Assembly: GCA_002469865.1 (NCBI GenBank)
Contig: DKOD01000006.1
Span: 2,539-31,768, forward strand
DNA length: 29,230 nt
Direction of reading: 5' to 3'
Source of the DNA: Alphaproteobacteria bacterium UBA7371
GTDB lineage: Bacteria > Pseudomonadota > Alphaproteobacteria > UBA8317
Each line of letters opens with the position of its first letter. The first letter of the stretch is position 1. The notes below the pieces were generated by a model. It was not told where the DNA came from, searched no databases, and was given only the letters and a program-made list of their open reading frames with translations. A program made the position numbers and the translations under genes. Positions 17,286 through 26,730 of this stretch are shown piece after piece.

Positions 17286-18284
17286 TCAAGCGCGAAGCAG
17301 CTGGGCGGCATCCTTGGCAAAATAGGTGAGGATGCCGCTTGCACCCGCTCTACGGAAGCAAAGCAATGCTTCCATATGGGCCTTTTTTCTATCCAATGCG
17401 CCGGAGGCGGCAGCCCATTCGATCATCGCATATTCACCAGACACCTGATAGGCAAACACCGGGGTTTCAAACCGGGATGAGGCACGCGCGATGATATCCA
17501 GATACGGCATGCCTGGCTTCACCATGACCATGTCGGCACCTTCGGCAATATCGCTTGCGATTTCCCTCATGGCTTCGTCGCTATTGGCAGGGTCCATCTG
17601 ATAAGTTTTCTTATCACCTTTAAGCTGACTGGAGGCGCCAACAGCATCCCTGAAGGGTCCATAAAAACAGCTGGCATATTTGGCGGCATAGGACATGATC
17701 ATGCAATCTTGGCCACCTTCGGCGTCAAGGGCATCCCTGATAGCCACCACGCGGCCATCCATCATGTCCGATGGCGCAATGATATCACAGCCAGCCCGAT
17801 ATTGATTCAGGCTTTGTCCCACCAGCATCTCAATGCTGGCGTCATTGACCACCACGCCATCTTCAATCAGCCCGTCATGGCCATGGTCGGTGTAGGGGTC
17901 TAGGGCCACATCACAAATGACCAGAAGGTCTGGAACAGCATCCTTAATGGCTCGGGTTGCGCGGCAAACCAAATTGTCAGGATTAAGGGCTTCTTCGCCA
18001 CGCTCATCGCGTTTTTCAGGGGGTGTGTTGGGGAACAGGGCCACTGCTGGGATCCCAAGGTCATGGGCTTGCCTGGCCTGTTCCACCATCCCATCGATGC
18101 TGTGGCGGAGAACGCCAGGCATGCTGCGCACTTCTTCGGTTAGACCACGCCCTTCGATCACAAAAAGCGGGAGAATAAGGTTTGAGGGGCCTAATTCATG
18201 CTCCCGAACCATGCCCCTAATTTTTGCATTTTGTCGCAAGCGCCGGGGTCTGGAGCGCGGAAATGCTGGCATTGGTGTGGTCAT
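17286..18284 (-). CDS. hemB: Porphobilinogen synthase (delta-aminolevulinate dehydratase), Zn-independent type
   Basis: RPRRLR, DVALDPYTDHGHDG, APSDMMDGR, MSYAAKYAS.FYGPFRDA, MVKP and AYQVSGEY. Confidence 0.98.
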   Translation of the reverse strand: MTTPMPAFPRSRPRRLRQNAKIRGMVREHELGPSNLILPLFVIEGRGLTEEVRSMPGVLRHSIDGMVEQARQAHDLGIPAVALFPNTPPEKRDERGEEALNPDNLVCRATRAIKDAVPDLLVICDVALDPYTDHGHDGLIEDGVVVNDASIEMLVGQSLNQYRAGCDIIAPSDMMDGRVVAIRDALDAEGGQDCMIMSYAAKYASCFYGPFRDAVGASSQLKGDKKTYQMDPANSDEAMREIASDIAEGADMVMVKPGMPYLDIIARASSRFETPVFAYQVSGEYAMIEWAAASGALDRKKAHMEALLCFRRAGASGILTYFAKDAAQLLRA

Positions 18285-18432
18285 GGGATGAATCTCCGAG
18301 CTTAACGGTTTTACAACTAGGGGCTGGCGAATTACCTACAATATCTAGTCAAACGCCTGAGTTTGGCATGAATGATGACTAAAGCAAGATAAATCATGCC
18401 GGCAAGGCGGCGCAGGGTCAAAGGAAAGCATC

Positions 18433-19650
18433 GTGATTGATTACGAAGCCATGGTTGCCGAAAATTTGGATGGTTTGCGCGAAGAGGGCCGTTACCGTGT
18501 GTTTGCTGACATTGTTCGCGACCGCGGCAACTTTCCTCGGGCTGTTTATCACGATGGCGAAGGCAAACGTCAGGATATTGTTGTTTGGTGCTCCAATGAT
18601 TATTTGGGCATGGGCCAGAATGTGAATGTTCTCGATGCGATGCACCGGGCGTTGGAGCGTGCTGGTGCTGGATCAGGTGGCACCAGAAATATTTCTGGGA
18701 CGACGCATTTTCATGTGCAGCTGGAACGGGAATTGGCTGACCTACATGCCAAGGAATCGGCACTTTTGTTTACCTCTGGCTATGTGTCCAATGATGCCAC
18801 CCTCTCTACCTTGTCAAAATTATTTCCTGGTCTTGTGTATCTCTCCGATGAACTTAACCATGCATCCATGATTTCCGGGATAAAAAATGCCCAAGCCAGC
18901 AAACTTGTGTTTAAGCATAATGACGTGGCTGACCTACGGGCAAAACTGAAAGAACTGCCCGCTGATCAGCCCAAGGTTGTGGCTTTTGAATCGGTCTATT
19001 CCATGGATGGGGACATTGCACCGATTGCTGATATTGTGGCTGTTGCCAAAGAACATCATGCCCTGACTTACATCGACGAGGTTCATGCGGTGGGCATGTA
19101 TGGCGCCCGTGGTGGTGGTGTCACCGAGCGTGACCATATCGCCAATGAGATTGACATCATCGAAGGCACCCTGGGCAAAGCCATTGGTGTGATGGGTGGT
19201 TATATCACCGCCTCACGTCATATGGTCGATGCCATTCGGTCCTTTGCATCGGGCTTTATTTTCACAACATCCTTGCCGCCGGTTTTGGCAGCTGGTGCGC
19301 TTGCGTCAGTTCGTCATCTCAAGGCCCATGGAGAACTGCGTGACAGGCACCAAGAGCGGGCGGCCACTTTAAAGGCACGCCTGAAAAAAGTTGGTCTCCC
19401 GGTGATGGACAACCCAAGCCATATTGTTCCGGTTTTTGTTGGTGATCCAGTTCGTTGCAAGGCCTTGTCCGACAAACTCTTGCGCAAGCATGGTATCTAT
19501 GTTCAACCCATCAATTACCCCACGGTTCCGCGCGGTACCGAGCGCCTGCGATTCACGCCAACCCCGCTTCATGATGATGCGCTGATGGATGGATTGGTGG
19601 ATGCCCTCATCTCGGTTTGGGAAGAGGTTGGTTTGCGCCGCGCCGCCTAA
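18433..19650 (+). CDS. hemA: 5-aminolevulinate synthase (Shemin pathway)
   Basis: [38 protein letters not shown] Lys in GTLGKA, and [11 protein letters not shown]; GTG start with AAGGA. Confidence 0.97.
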   Translation: MIDYEAMVAENLDGLREEGRYRVFADIVRDRGNFPRAVYHDGEGKRQDIVVWCSNDYLGMGQNVNVLDAMHRALERAGAGSGGTRNISGTTHFHVQLERELADLHAKESALLFTSGYVSNDATLSTLSKLFPGLVYLSDELNHASMISGIKNAQASKLVFKHNDVADLRAKLKELPADQPKVVAFESVYSMDGDIAPIADIVAVAKEHHALTYIDEVHAVGMYGARGGGVTERDHIANEIDIIEGTLGKAIGVMGGYITASRHMVDAIRSFASGFIFTTSLPPVLAAGALASVRHLKAHGELRDRHQERAATLKARLKKVGLPVMDNPSHIVPVFVGDPVRCKALSDKLLRKHGIYVQPINYPTVPRGTERLRFTPTPLHDDALMDGLVDALISVWEEVGLRRAA

Positions 19651-19697
19651 CATCTTGTTGCCGGCTTGGCCGGCCTTTGCCGGAGTGCTGACGAATC

Positions 19698-20975
19698 ATG
19701 AATGATTTTTTCGAAGCTGGTCTTGCCAAAACTGACCCAGAACTTGCCGCCATTGTTGCTGAAGAATTTGTTCGTCAGCGCGATCAGATAGAGCTGATTG
19801 CGTCAGAAAACATCACGTCCAAGGCCGTCCTTGAGGTGCAGGGATCGGTGCTCACCAACAAGTATGCCGAGGGTTATCCTGGCAAGCGTTACTATGGTGG
19901 CTGCGAAATTGTGGATAAAGCGGAAACCCTGGCGATCGAACGGGCCAAAGCATTGTTCCATTGCGCCTATGCCAACGTGCAGCCCCATTCTGGAAGCCAA
20001 GCCAATCAGGCGGTCTATTTGGCGCTTCTCAAGCCCGGCGACAAAATTCTTGGCATGGATCTGGCAGCCGGCGGTCACCTGACCCATGGCGCAAGACCCA
20101 ACCAATCTGGAAAATGGTTTGATGCCATTCAATATGGCGTGGATCGTGAAACCCATCTTATTGATTATGATGAGGTGGCCCGCCTTGCCCAGGAACACAA
20201 ACCCCAGATGATTATTGCTGGTGCATCTGCCTACCCAAGGCATATTGATTTTGCCCGTTTTCGTGAGATTGCGGATTCTGTTGGGGCCTATTTGCTGGCC
20301 GACATGGCCCATTATTCTGGGCTTATTGCCACTGGTGTGTATCCAAGCCCTATTCCCCATGCCCATGTCGCCACCACCACCACCCACAAAACCCTCCGTG
20401 CTTCCCGAGGTGGTATGATCCTCACCAATGATTTGGATCTGGGTAAGAAATTCAACTCAGCGATTTTTCCGGGGCTCCAGGGTGGTCCCTTGATGCATGT
20501 GATCGCGGGCAAAGCCGTGGCGTTTGGTGAAGCCTTGAAGCCTGAATATCGTGATTATTGCCTGCAGGTTGTTGACAATGCCCGTGTCCTGGCTGCGCGG
20601 CTGGTGGAGCATGGTTTTGCCATTGTTTCTGGTGGCACAGATTGTCATATATGCTTGGTGGATCTGCGCCCTCGGGGTTTGAAGGGCAATGAGGCCGAAG
20701 AGGCTCTTGAGCGTGCGGGCATGACCTGCAACAAAAATGGTGTTCCTTATGATCCTGAAAAGCCAACGGTTACCTCTGGTATTCGCTTGGGAACACCTGC
20801 GGGCACCACCAGGGGCTTTAAGACAAATGAATTTGTCCAAGTCGCTGATTGGGTGAATGAGGTGCTGACCGGTCTTCAGGCACATGGCGCAGAGGGCAAT
20901 GGCGCAGTGGAGTCAAAGGTGAAGGCAGAAATCAAGGAATTCTGCAGCCGTTTTCCCATTTATCAGGTTGAGTGA
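19698..20975 (+). CDS. glyA: Serine hydroxymethyltransferase
   Basis: [44 protein letters not shown] and SGIRLGT. Confidence 0.98.
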   Translation: MNDFFEAGLAKTDPELAAIVAEEFVRQRDQIELIASENITSKAVLEVQGSVLTNKYAEGYPGKRYYGGCEIVDKAETLAIERAKALFHCAYANVQPHSGSQANQAVYLALLKPGDKILGMDLAAGGHLTHGARPNQSGKWFDAIQYGVDRETHLIDYDEVARLAQEHKPQMIIAGASAYPRHIDFARFREIADSVGAYLLADMAHYSGLIATGVYPSPIPHAHVATTTTHKTLRASRGGMILTNDLDLGKKFNSAIFPGLQGGPLMHVIAGKAVAFGEALKPEYRDYCLQVVDNARVLAARLVEHGFAIVSGGTDCHICLVDLRPRGLKGNEAEEALERAGMTCNKNGVPYDPEKPTVTSGIRLGTPAGTTRGFKTNEFVQVADWVNEVLTGLQAHGAEGNGAVESKVKAEIKEFCSRFPIYQVE

Positions 20976-21436
20976 TGCGCTGTCCTTTTTGCGGTAATGA
21001 AGAAACCCAGGTAAAGGATTCGCGCCCCACAGAAGATAATGGGGCCATCCGCCGCCGCCGTAATTGCACAGCTTGTGGCGCAAGATTTACCACCTTTGAG
21101 CGCGTTCAGCTGCGCGAAATGGTGGTGGTGAAAAAAAATGGAAAGAAGGCTCCTTTCGAGCGCGACAAGCTTTACCGTTCGGTGGCTATTGCCCTTCGTA
21201 AGCGCAATGTAAGCCAGGAGCGGGTGGAAAAATTGGTTACTGGTATTGTTCGGCGGTTGGAATCCATGGGGGAAAGTGAGATTCCATCGGTCTTAGTGGG
21301 CGAGATGGTGATGGAAGCCTTGGCTGGCATCGATGATGTTGCCTATGTGCGTTATGCCTCGGTGTATAAGAATTTCCGGGAAGCCCGGGATTTTGAAGAA
21401 TTTGTCACGGGTCTTCCAGAAAAACATGACGAATAA
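20975..21436 (+). CDS. nrdR: Transcriptional repressor NrdR
   Basis: MRCPFC..., [17 protein letters not shown] zinc ribbon, ATP-cone, and [10 protein letters not shown]; TGATG overlap with glyA. Confidence 0.98.
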   Translation: MRCPFCGNEETQVKDSRPTEDNGAIRRRRNCTACGARFTTFERVQLREMVVVKKNGKKAPFERDKLYRSVAIALRKRNVSQERVEKLVTGIVRRLESMGESEIPSVLVGEMVMEALAGIDDVAYVRYASVYKNFREARDFEEFVTGLPEKHDE

Positions 21437-22418
21437 CACCCCCGAGGTGATGATGTGGCCGGCCCTGCAGGCCGCCCAGAGGCAACGTGGCCAAACGGGA
21501 AAAAACCCCAATGTCGGTGCAGCCCTTTGGCGCCATGGCCGTTTGGTGGACGTGGTGGCCACAGGTGATGGTGGGCGTCCCCATGCAGAATCCCAACTTA
21601 ATATTCTTCCAGGCGATGTTCTTGCTGTCACCCTTGAGCCCTGTGCCCATGAAGGTGAAACCCCAGCATGTGCAAGGTTGGTGGCTGATGCCAGGCCGTC
21701 TAAGGTTTACGTGGGCTGCCTTGATCCAGACCCCAGAACTTCAGGCCATGGTTTGGAAATCATGAAAGAGGCCGGAATTTCCGTGCAGGCTGGTATTTGC
21801 GAACATAAAGCCCGCCATGTCATGGCTGGTTTTTTGACCAGGATGATCCATCAACGTCCCCATGTTCGGTTGAAACTTGCCATGACCCGGGATGGCCGTT
21901 CAGCCCTTGCAGATGGGCGCTCCCAATGGATCACTGGCTTTGAGGCCCGGCAACATGGGCATCTTTTGCGCGCTGAAGCCGATGCCATCATGGTGGGGGC
22001 AGCCACCTTCATTCAAGATCAACCAACACTTACCTGCCGCCTTGGTCTCTCCGGCCGTGATCCAGAGATTTTTGTCCTATCGGGCCGCGAAGAGATTTCG
22101 TCTTTGCCCAAGAATGTCCAGATTTTGGGCACATCTGGAGGTCAGCAAGATCTTTCCCAAATACTTCGCCAATTGGCGCAAGAGGGGATTGGGAATTTGC
22201 TTGTGGAATCCGGTGGCCGGCTTGCTGCCTCTTTGCTGCAGGCAGAATTGGTTGATGAATTATATTGTTATCAATCGGACCTATTGCTTGGCGCCAATGC
22301 ACGATCAGCCCTGGGTGCATTGAAAGATCAGGAATTGTTGTTGCCCAAGGGCATGATCGTGAAAGAGCGTCGCCAGCTTGGACAGGATCAGCTCACACGC
22401 TATGTGGTGGAAAGATAA
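21426..22418 (+). CDS. ribD: Riboflavin biosynthesis deaminase/reductase RibD
   Basis: [24 protein letters not shown] (Zn deaminase), [12 protein letters not shown] and LLVESGG. Start ATG 21426, overlapping nrdR by 11 nt. Confidence 0.95.
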   Translation: MTNNTPEVMMWPALQAAQRQRGQTGKNPNVGAALWRHGRLVDVVATGDGGRPHAESQLNILPGDVLAVTLEPCAHEGETPACARLVADARPSKVYVGCLDPDPRTSGHGLEIMKEAGISVQAGICEHKARHVMAGFLTRMIHQRPHVRLKLAMTRDGRSALADGRSQWITGFEARQHGHLLRAEADAIMVGAATFIQDQPTLTCRLGLSGRDPEIFVLSGREEISSLPKNVQILGTSGGQQDLSQILRQLAQEGIGNLLVESGGRLAASLLQAELVDELYCYQSDLLLGANARSALGALKDQELLLPKGMIVKERRQLGQDQLTRYVVER

Positions 22419-22452
22419 CGGCCCGTTGGGTCGGTCATGCAGGAGTTGATAT

Positions 22453-23064
22453 ATGTTCACTGGTCTTATCCGCGGGCTTGCCAAAATCGTCCAAATTGAT
22501 GGCTTGGAAGAAAAGCAGATGCGCTTCCATGTGCAAGGTTTGGACAAGTTGCCGGAGGAAGGCGCGTCCATTGCCTGCAATGGTTGCTGCCTCACGGCGT
22601 TAAAAGTGGCTAGGCAGCAAGATGGCTATTGCTTCAGCGCGGACCTCTCCCCTGAAACCTTAAAGGCAACCGGGGCGGATAATTGGTCCGTCGGTGAGTT
22701 GATCAATATTGAACCATCCTTACGCTTGGGTGAAGAAATGGGTGGTCATATTGTCAGTGGTCATGTGGATGGTCAGGCAGTGGTTGAAAAGATTGATAAT
22801 CTTGGCGGCAATCATGAGCTCACCATCAAGGTTCCTCAGGAATTAAAGACCTTTGTGGCGCCAAAAGGTTCCGTGGCACTCAATGGCGTGTCCCTGACCG
22901 TGAATGCGGTGCATGATGATCATTTTACGGTGAATATCATCCCCCACACTTGGGCCGTGACCAATCTTGGTCAATTGAAAATTGGGGATCGGGTGAATTT
23001 TGAGATTGATATGTTGGCCCGTTATATGGCCCGCATGCTTGATGTTGCCGGGGGGCGCTCATGA
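22453..23064 (+). CDS. ribE: Riboflavin synthase (alpha chain)
   Basis: MFTG start, ACNGCCLT, GGHIVSGHVDG, KGSVALNGVSLTV and VNFEIDMLARY. Confidence 0.97.
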   Translation: MFTGLIRGLAKIVQIDGLEEKQMRFHVQGLDKLPEEGASIACNGCCLTALKVARQQDGYCFSADLSPETLKATGADNWSVGELINIEPSLRLGEEMGGHIVSGHVDGQAVVEKIDNLGGNHELTIKVPQELKTFVAPKGSVALNGVSLTVNAVHDDHFTVNIIPHTWAVTNLGQLKIGDRVNFEIDMLARYMARMLDVAGGRS

Positions 23065-24146
23065 CCAAAATGGCAAGCACCGAAGAACTCATAGAAGAAA
23101 TCCGCAATGGCCGAATGATCGTGCTGATGGATGCTGAGGACCGCGAAAATGAGGGTGATCTTGTTTGCGCAGCCCAAATGGCAACACCCGACTGCATCAA
23201 TTTTATGGCCAAAAATGGCCGCGGTTTAATCTGTTTAACCCTGCCGAGGGAGCGGGCGGAGCAACTTGACTTGCCCTTGATGAGCCAGCGCAACCAATCC
23301 CGGCACCAAACCAATTTTACGGTGTCCATTGAGGCCAGGGAAGGGATTTCCACGGGGATCTCTGCCCAAGATCGGGCCCACACGATTTCGACGGCCATTA
23401 ACTTGAACAAAACCGCAGCTGATATTGTTTCTCCGGGTCATGTTTTCCCCCTGGTTGCCCGTGAGGGTGGCGTGCTTGTTCGTTCTGGCCATACCGAAGC
23501 TGCTTCAGACATGGCGCGTCTTGCCGGCCTTTACCCAGCAGGTGTCATTTGTGAAATCATGAATGATGACGGCACCATGGCCCGAATGCCGGAATTGATG
23601 GAATTTGCCCATGCGCATGGGCTCAAAATTGGCACCATTGCTGATTTGATTGCCTACCGCCGCCGCCATGATGACCTTATGGACCAAGTGTCTGACCAAG
23701 AAATTGAAACCGTCCATGGTGGTATGATGCGCCTTGTTGTCTTTAAGGACCGGATTGACGGTCGTGAACATGCCGCATTGGTCAAAGGCGAGGTTGTTGC
23801 CGACCGACCCATGCCGGTCCGGGTTCATGCCATCAACATGCTCCATGATTTGGTTGGGCTTGCCAGTGCCAGGGGGCGTCATGGTTTGCTGCAGGCGGCC
23901 ATGGGCCGCTTGGCCGAATGGGAAGAAGGGGTCATTGTTCTTCTTCATGACCCGGAAAGAAGCCAGATTTCACAAGGGCTGGAGGAAAACACCAATTCGT
24001 TCATGCTGCGGGAATACGGAATTGGCGCGCGCATTCTCCACGAGCTTGGGGTCCGTGAGATTGAGTTAATAAGCAACTCACCACAACCCTCCCTTGTGGC
24101 CCTTGATGGTTACGGCTTAAAGCTCTGCGGCACACGCACTTTGTGA
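23061..24146 (+). CDS. ribB: 3,4-dihydroxy-2-butanone-4-phosphate synthase fused to a degenerate GTP-cyclohydrolase-II-like domain (RibBX type)
   Basis: DAEDRENEGD, GRGLIC, TGISAQDRA, PGHVFPL, RSGHTEA and CEIMNDDG. The C-terminal domain has RVH and YGIGARIL but no Cys zinc ligands. Confidence 0.93.
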   Translation: MTKMASTEELIEEIRNGRMIVLMDAEDRENEGDLVCAAQMATPDCINFMAKNGRGLICLTLPRERAEQLDLPLMSQRNQSRHQTNFTVSIEAREGISTGISAQDRAHTISTAINLNKTAADIVSPGHVFPLVAREGGVLVRSGHTEAASDMARLAGLYPAGVICEIMNDDGTMARMPELMEFAHAHGLKIGTIADLIAYRRRHDDLMDQVSDQEIETVHGGMMRLVVFKDRIDGREHAALVKGEVVADRPMPVRVHAINMLHDLVGLASARGRHGLLQAAMGRLAEWEEGVIVLLHDPERSQISQGLEENTNSFMLREYGIGARILHELGVREIELISNSPQPSLVALDGYGLKLCGTRTL

Positions 24147-24202
24147 TTGCTGTCTGTTGAACTTTTGGCTGCTTTTTAAGGTGCATATGAGGAGACAAAA
24201 AC

Positions 24203-24613
24203 ATGCGCGTCGCCATTATTGAGGCTCGTTACTATGAACATATTGCCGACATGTTGCTCGAGGGGGCTAAGGCACGACTCCGTGATCGGGGCGCCTCTTT
24301 TGACGTGGTCACGGTGCCTGGTGCGCTGGAAATTCCTGGCGCCATTGCGCGGTTGAAGGGTCAATATGATGCATTTGTGGCCCTGGGTTGCGTGATCCGG
24401 GGGGAAACGGTGCATTTTGAATTGGTGGCAGGGGAATCAGCACGGGCCATCATGGACTTGACGGTTCAAGATCAATTGGCCATCGGCAATGCTATTTTGA
24501 CCACCGAGGATGAAGAGCAGGCCCTGGATCGAGCCGACCCATCCCGCCGCAACAACGCCGGTCATGCTGTTGATGCGGCGCTTATTCTCGCAGGAATTGG
24601 CCAAGACACATGA
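24203..24613 (+). CDS. ribH: 6,7-dimethyl-8-ribityllumazine synthase
   Basis: [25 protein letters not shown] and EQALDRA. Confidence 0.95.
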   Translation: MRVAIIEARYYEHIADMLLEGAKARLRDRGASFDVVTVPGALEIPGAIARLKGQYDAFVALGCVIRGETVHFELVAGESARAIMDLTVQDQLAIGNAILTTEDEEQALDRADPSRRNNAGHAVDAALILAGIGQDT

Positions 24614-25071
24614 AGCCGTCACCTTTTATCGGACGTTCCTTGGCGCGCTTCATGGCAGTGCAGGGCCTCTATGCCATGGATGTGGGGCAGGTGTCTTTGC
24701 GAACTGTTCAAGAAATGATGGCGATGGGCCAATTTGGTGATGGCGAGGAAGCCCATAAGTTGGTGGCCGAAGATGGGGAATATTTTGACCGTCTAATTGT
24801 GGGGGTGACCCAAGAGCAGGCCTCCATCGACGATGCTTTGATGGGCATGCTGCCAAAGGCTTGGCCAATCAACCGTATCGACGCGACGTTACGTGCGTTG
24901 TTGCGCAGTGCTGCTTTCGAATTGATGCGGGTTTCGGATGTCTCCGCCGCAACGGTTATTGATGAATATGTCGAAATTGCCCGGGACTTTTTCGAGGGCG
25001 ATGAGCCCAAATTTGTCAATGGCGTTTTGGATGGCTTTGCTAAGGCAAAAGGCCTTAACCGCCAGGATTAA
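24610..25071 (+). CDS. nusB: Transcription antitermination factor NusB
   Basis: [28 protein letters not shown] and FVNGVLD; ATGA overlap with ribH. Confidence 0.96.
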   Translation: MKPSPFIGRSLARFMAVQGLYAMDVGQVSLRTVQEMMAMGQFGDGEEAHKLVAEDGEYFDRLIVGVTQEQASIDDALMGMLPKAWPINRIDATLRALLRSAAFELMRVSDVSAATVIDEYVEIARDFFEGDEPKFVNGVLDGFAKAKGLNRQD

Positions 25072-25483
25072 ATCGGCCAATATTGCCAAAGACTTCCTGA
25101 AGAATATTTATTTCCCGACCGAAGGTTTCGGTTTCGTCGCCATCCGGGGCTAGGGCAACATAATCATCTTTGCTTTTGTTGATTACTTCAGCGACCCTTC
25201 CTTGGTCATCGAACACCACCTGGATCACGCGTTGATCCTCAGGGGTTGGTCGGGAAAAACTTGAGGTTGCCATATATTGCGCCACATAGATCCAACGATT
25301 GGGGTCTAAAGGAGCCACCACGGTCGGTGATCCTAATTTTGCAGCCACTGTTTGTTTGCTGTCTGTGCCCACCATGATGGTGGCCAAATTTTCCTGATTG
25401 AGGATCGATGCCCCATGATAACTCTCCTTCACCGAGCAGGCGGTGGTGAGCAGCATGATGGTGATGCCTATGATGCGCAGCAT
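25055..25483 (-). CDS. bamE: Outer membrane assembly lipoprotein BamE (SmpA/OmlA)
   Basis: Signal peptide ending LLTTA-C, HG, V...LGSPT, WIYV, FD..G.V and EINILQEVFGNIGR; sits at the usual position next to the cbp3-like/yceD genes. Confidence 0.88.
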   Translation of the reverse strand: MLRIIGITIMLLTTACSVKESYHGASILNQENLATIMVGTDSKQTVAAKLGSPTVVAPLDPNRWIYVAQYMATSSFSRPTPEDQRVIQVVFDDQGRVAEVINKSKDDYVALAPDGDETETFGREINILQEVFGNIGRFNPGG

Positions 25484-25623
25484 GATAACCTCTTAATGCC
25501 TAATCTTTGATGGGACCCTGCCCTTGTTGCCAGGGCTATCGACCACTAAGTCACAGCTATTAGCTGGTGCCCATGACCAATTCAATGGAAGGGTTTAGCC
25601 ACCATCGTGAGCCCGAGGGGATT

Positions 25624-26172
25624 ATGTCGTCGATGTTTGAGTTGTTTCGCAAGGCCAAGCCATTTGAGCCGTTATATTTTGCTTGCGTGGAACGTGCCCG
25701 TGCGCCTTGGTTTTATCTGCATGCCGGTATTCCTGATGAAATCGCCGGGCGGTTTGAGTTGGTGGCCTTGCATGTATCAATCATGATTCATGAATTGGAG
25801 CGGCGAGGTTTTCGTGATTATGGTTATGGTATCACCGAGATCATGTACAAAGATTTTGACCGTTCCTTGCGCGAATATGGCGTGGGTGACTTGTCGGTGG
25901 GCAAAAAAGTTCGTGGCATGGCAGAGGCCTTCTTTGGGCGTGCCAAGGCCTATGGCCAAGCCATTGAGGGGCAAGATGATGGCATTTGGTGCGAAGCGCT
26001 GCATCGAAACCTCTTTCGTGATGACGATCAGGTCAAGCAAGAACACTTGGCCATCATGGCCCAATATGCAGTGGCATTACTTGCTGCATTGCGCAGCTTG
26101 GATGATGGCGATTTTGGCAAGGATTTTGCCATGCCATTGGTGGCCCCGTTTGAGGATAGTTCAAGGAGCTAG
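25624..26172 (+). CDS. Ubiquinol-cytochrome c chaperone (Cbp3/UQCC1 family)
   Basis: GIPDEIAGRFELVALH, DFDRSLREYGVGDLSVGKKVRGMAEAFFGRAKAY and ALHRNLF; start ATG 25624 after GAGGGG. Confidence 0.92.
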   Translation: MSSMFELFRKAKPFEPLYFACVERARAPWFYLHAGIPDEIAGRFELVALHVSIMIHELERRGFRDYGYGITEIMYKDFDRSLREYGVGDLSVGKKVRGMAEAFFGRAKAYGQAIEGQDDGIWCEALHRNLFRDDDQVKQEHLAIMAQYAVALLAALRSLDDGDFGKDFAMPLVAPFEDSSRS

Positions 26173-26175
26173 GCG

Positions 26176-26712
26176 ATGGATAATCTTGCAAAACACCTGA
26201 TCCAACCCTCAGATCTTCAAGGCGAAGAATTGTTTGAGGTTTCGTTGGATGAAGAACAATTGGCAGACCTTGCCAAGGAACTTAACCTAGCCAAGCTTAC
26301 CCATGTATCGGCCAAATTCTCCTTATATCCTATTCGGGGCAAGAGGGGGGTGAAGGTCACAGGTTTGGCATCCATGGATGTTGGGTTAATTTGTGGCGTG
26401 ACGCTTGAGGCGTTTGACCAGCATTTGGAAGAGGAAATTTCTGTTTCCTTTCTGCCGGAAGACCTGATGCCTGAGCTTCCAGAACATGAGGGAGATGTGG
26501 TCCTCGATCATGTGGATGGTGACCTTCCAGAATTGCTGGATGAGCATGGGGTCAATTTGATGGCTTTGGTGCAAGACAGCGTGGTTCTTGCTGTCCCAGC
26601 TTACCCTCGCAAACCAGACGCGTCTTTTGAACCATTGTCAGCGGGGCCTTTGGAAGAATCTCCGTTTGCGGCATTGAAAGAAAAATTCACTGGTTTGGAT
26701 GACAAATCTTAG
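26176..26712 (+). CDS. DUF177 / YceD family protein
   Basis: CGVTLEAF, DSVVLAVPAYPRKP and C-terminal SPFAALK; upstream of rpmF. Confidence 0.9.
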   Translation: MDNLAKHLIQPSDLQGEELFEVSLDEEQLADLAKELNLAKLTHVSAKFSLYPIRGKRGVKVTGLASMDVGLICGVTLEAFDQHLEEEISVSFLPEDLMPELPEHEGDVVLDHVDGDLPELLDEHGVNLMALVQDSVVLAVPAYPRKPDASFEPLSAGPLEESPFAALKEKFTGLDDKS

Positions 26713-26730
26713 CAAAATTGTGCTTGGGGC

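Noticed and set aside
18285-18432. FNR/FnrL box or CtrA site in the hemB/hemA promoter
   Set aside because: Only isolated GTCAA half-sites and a single TTAA; no correctly spaced full match.
19651-19697. GCCGGC-TTG-GCCGGC hairpin as a hemA terminator, or a riboswitch for glyA
   Set aside because: No U-tract follows, and 47 nt is too short for a ZTP or THF aptamer.
1461-19697. GANTC (CcrM) sites just upstream of glcB, the sbtA-like gene, hemB and glyA
   Set aside because: Four sites in roughly 1.3 kb of intergenic DNA is about the random expectation, and GANTC also occurs in coding regions.
20976-22452. FMN riboswitch controlling the rib genes
   Set aside because: ribD overlaps nrdR and the other gaps are tiny, so there is no room or motif for one.
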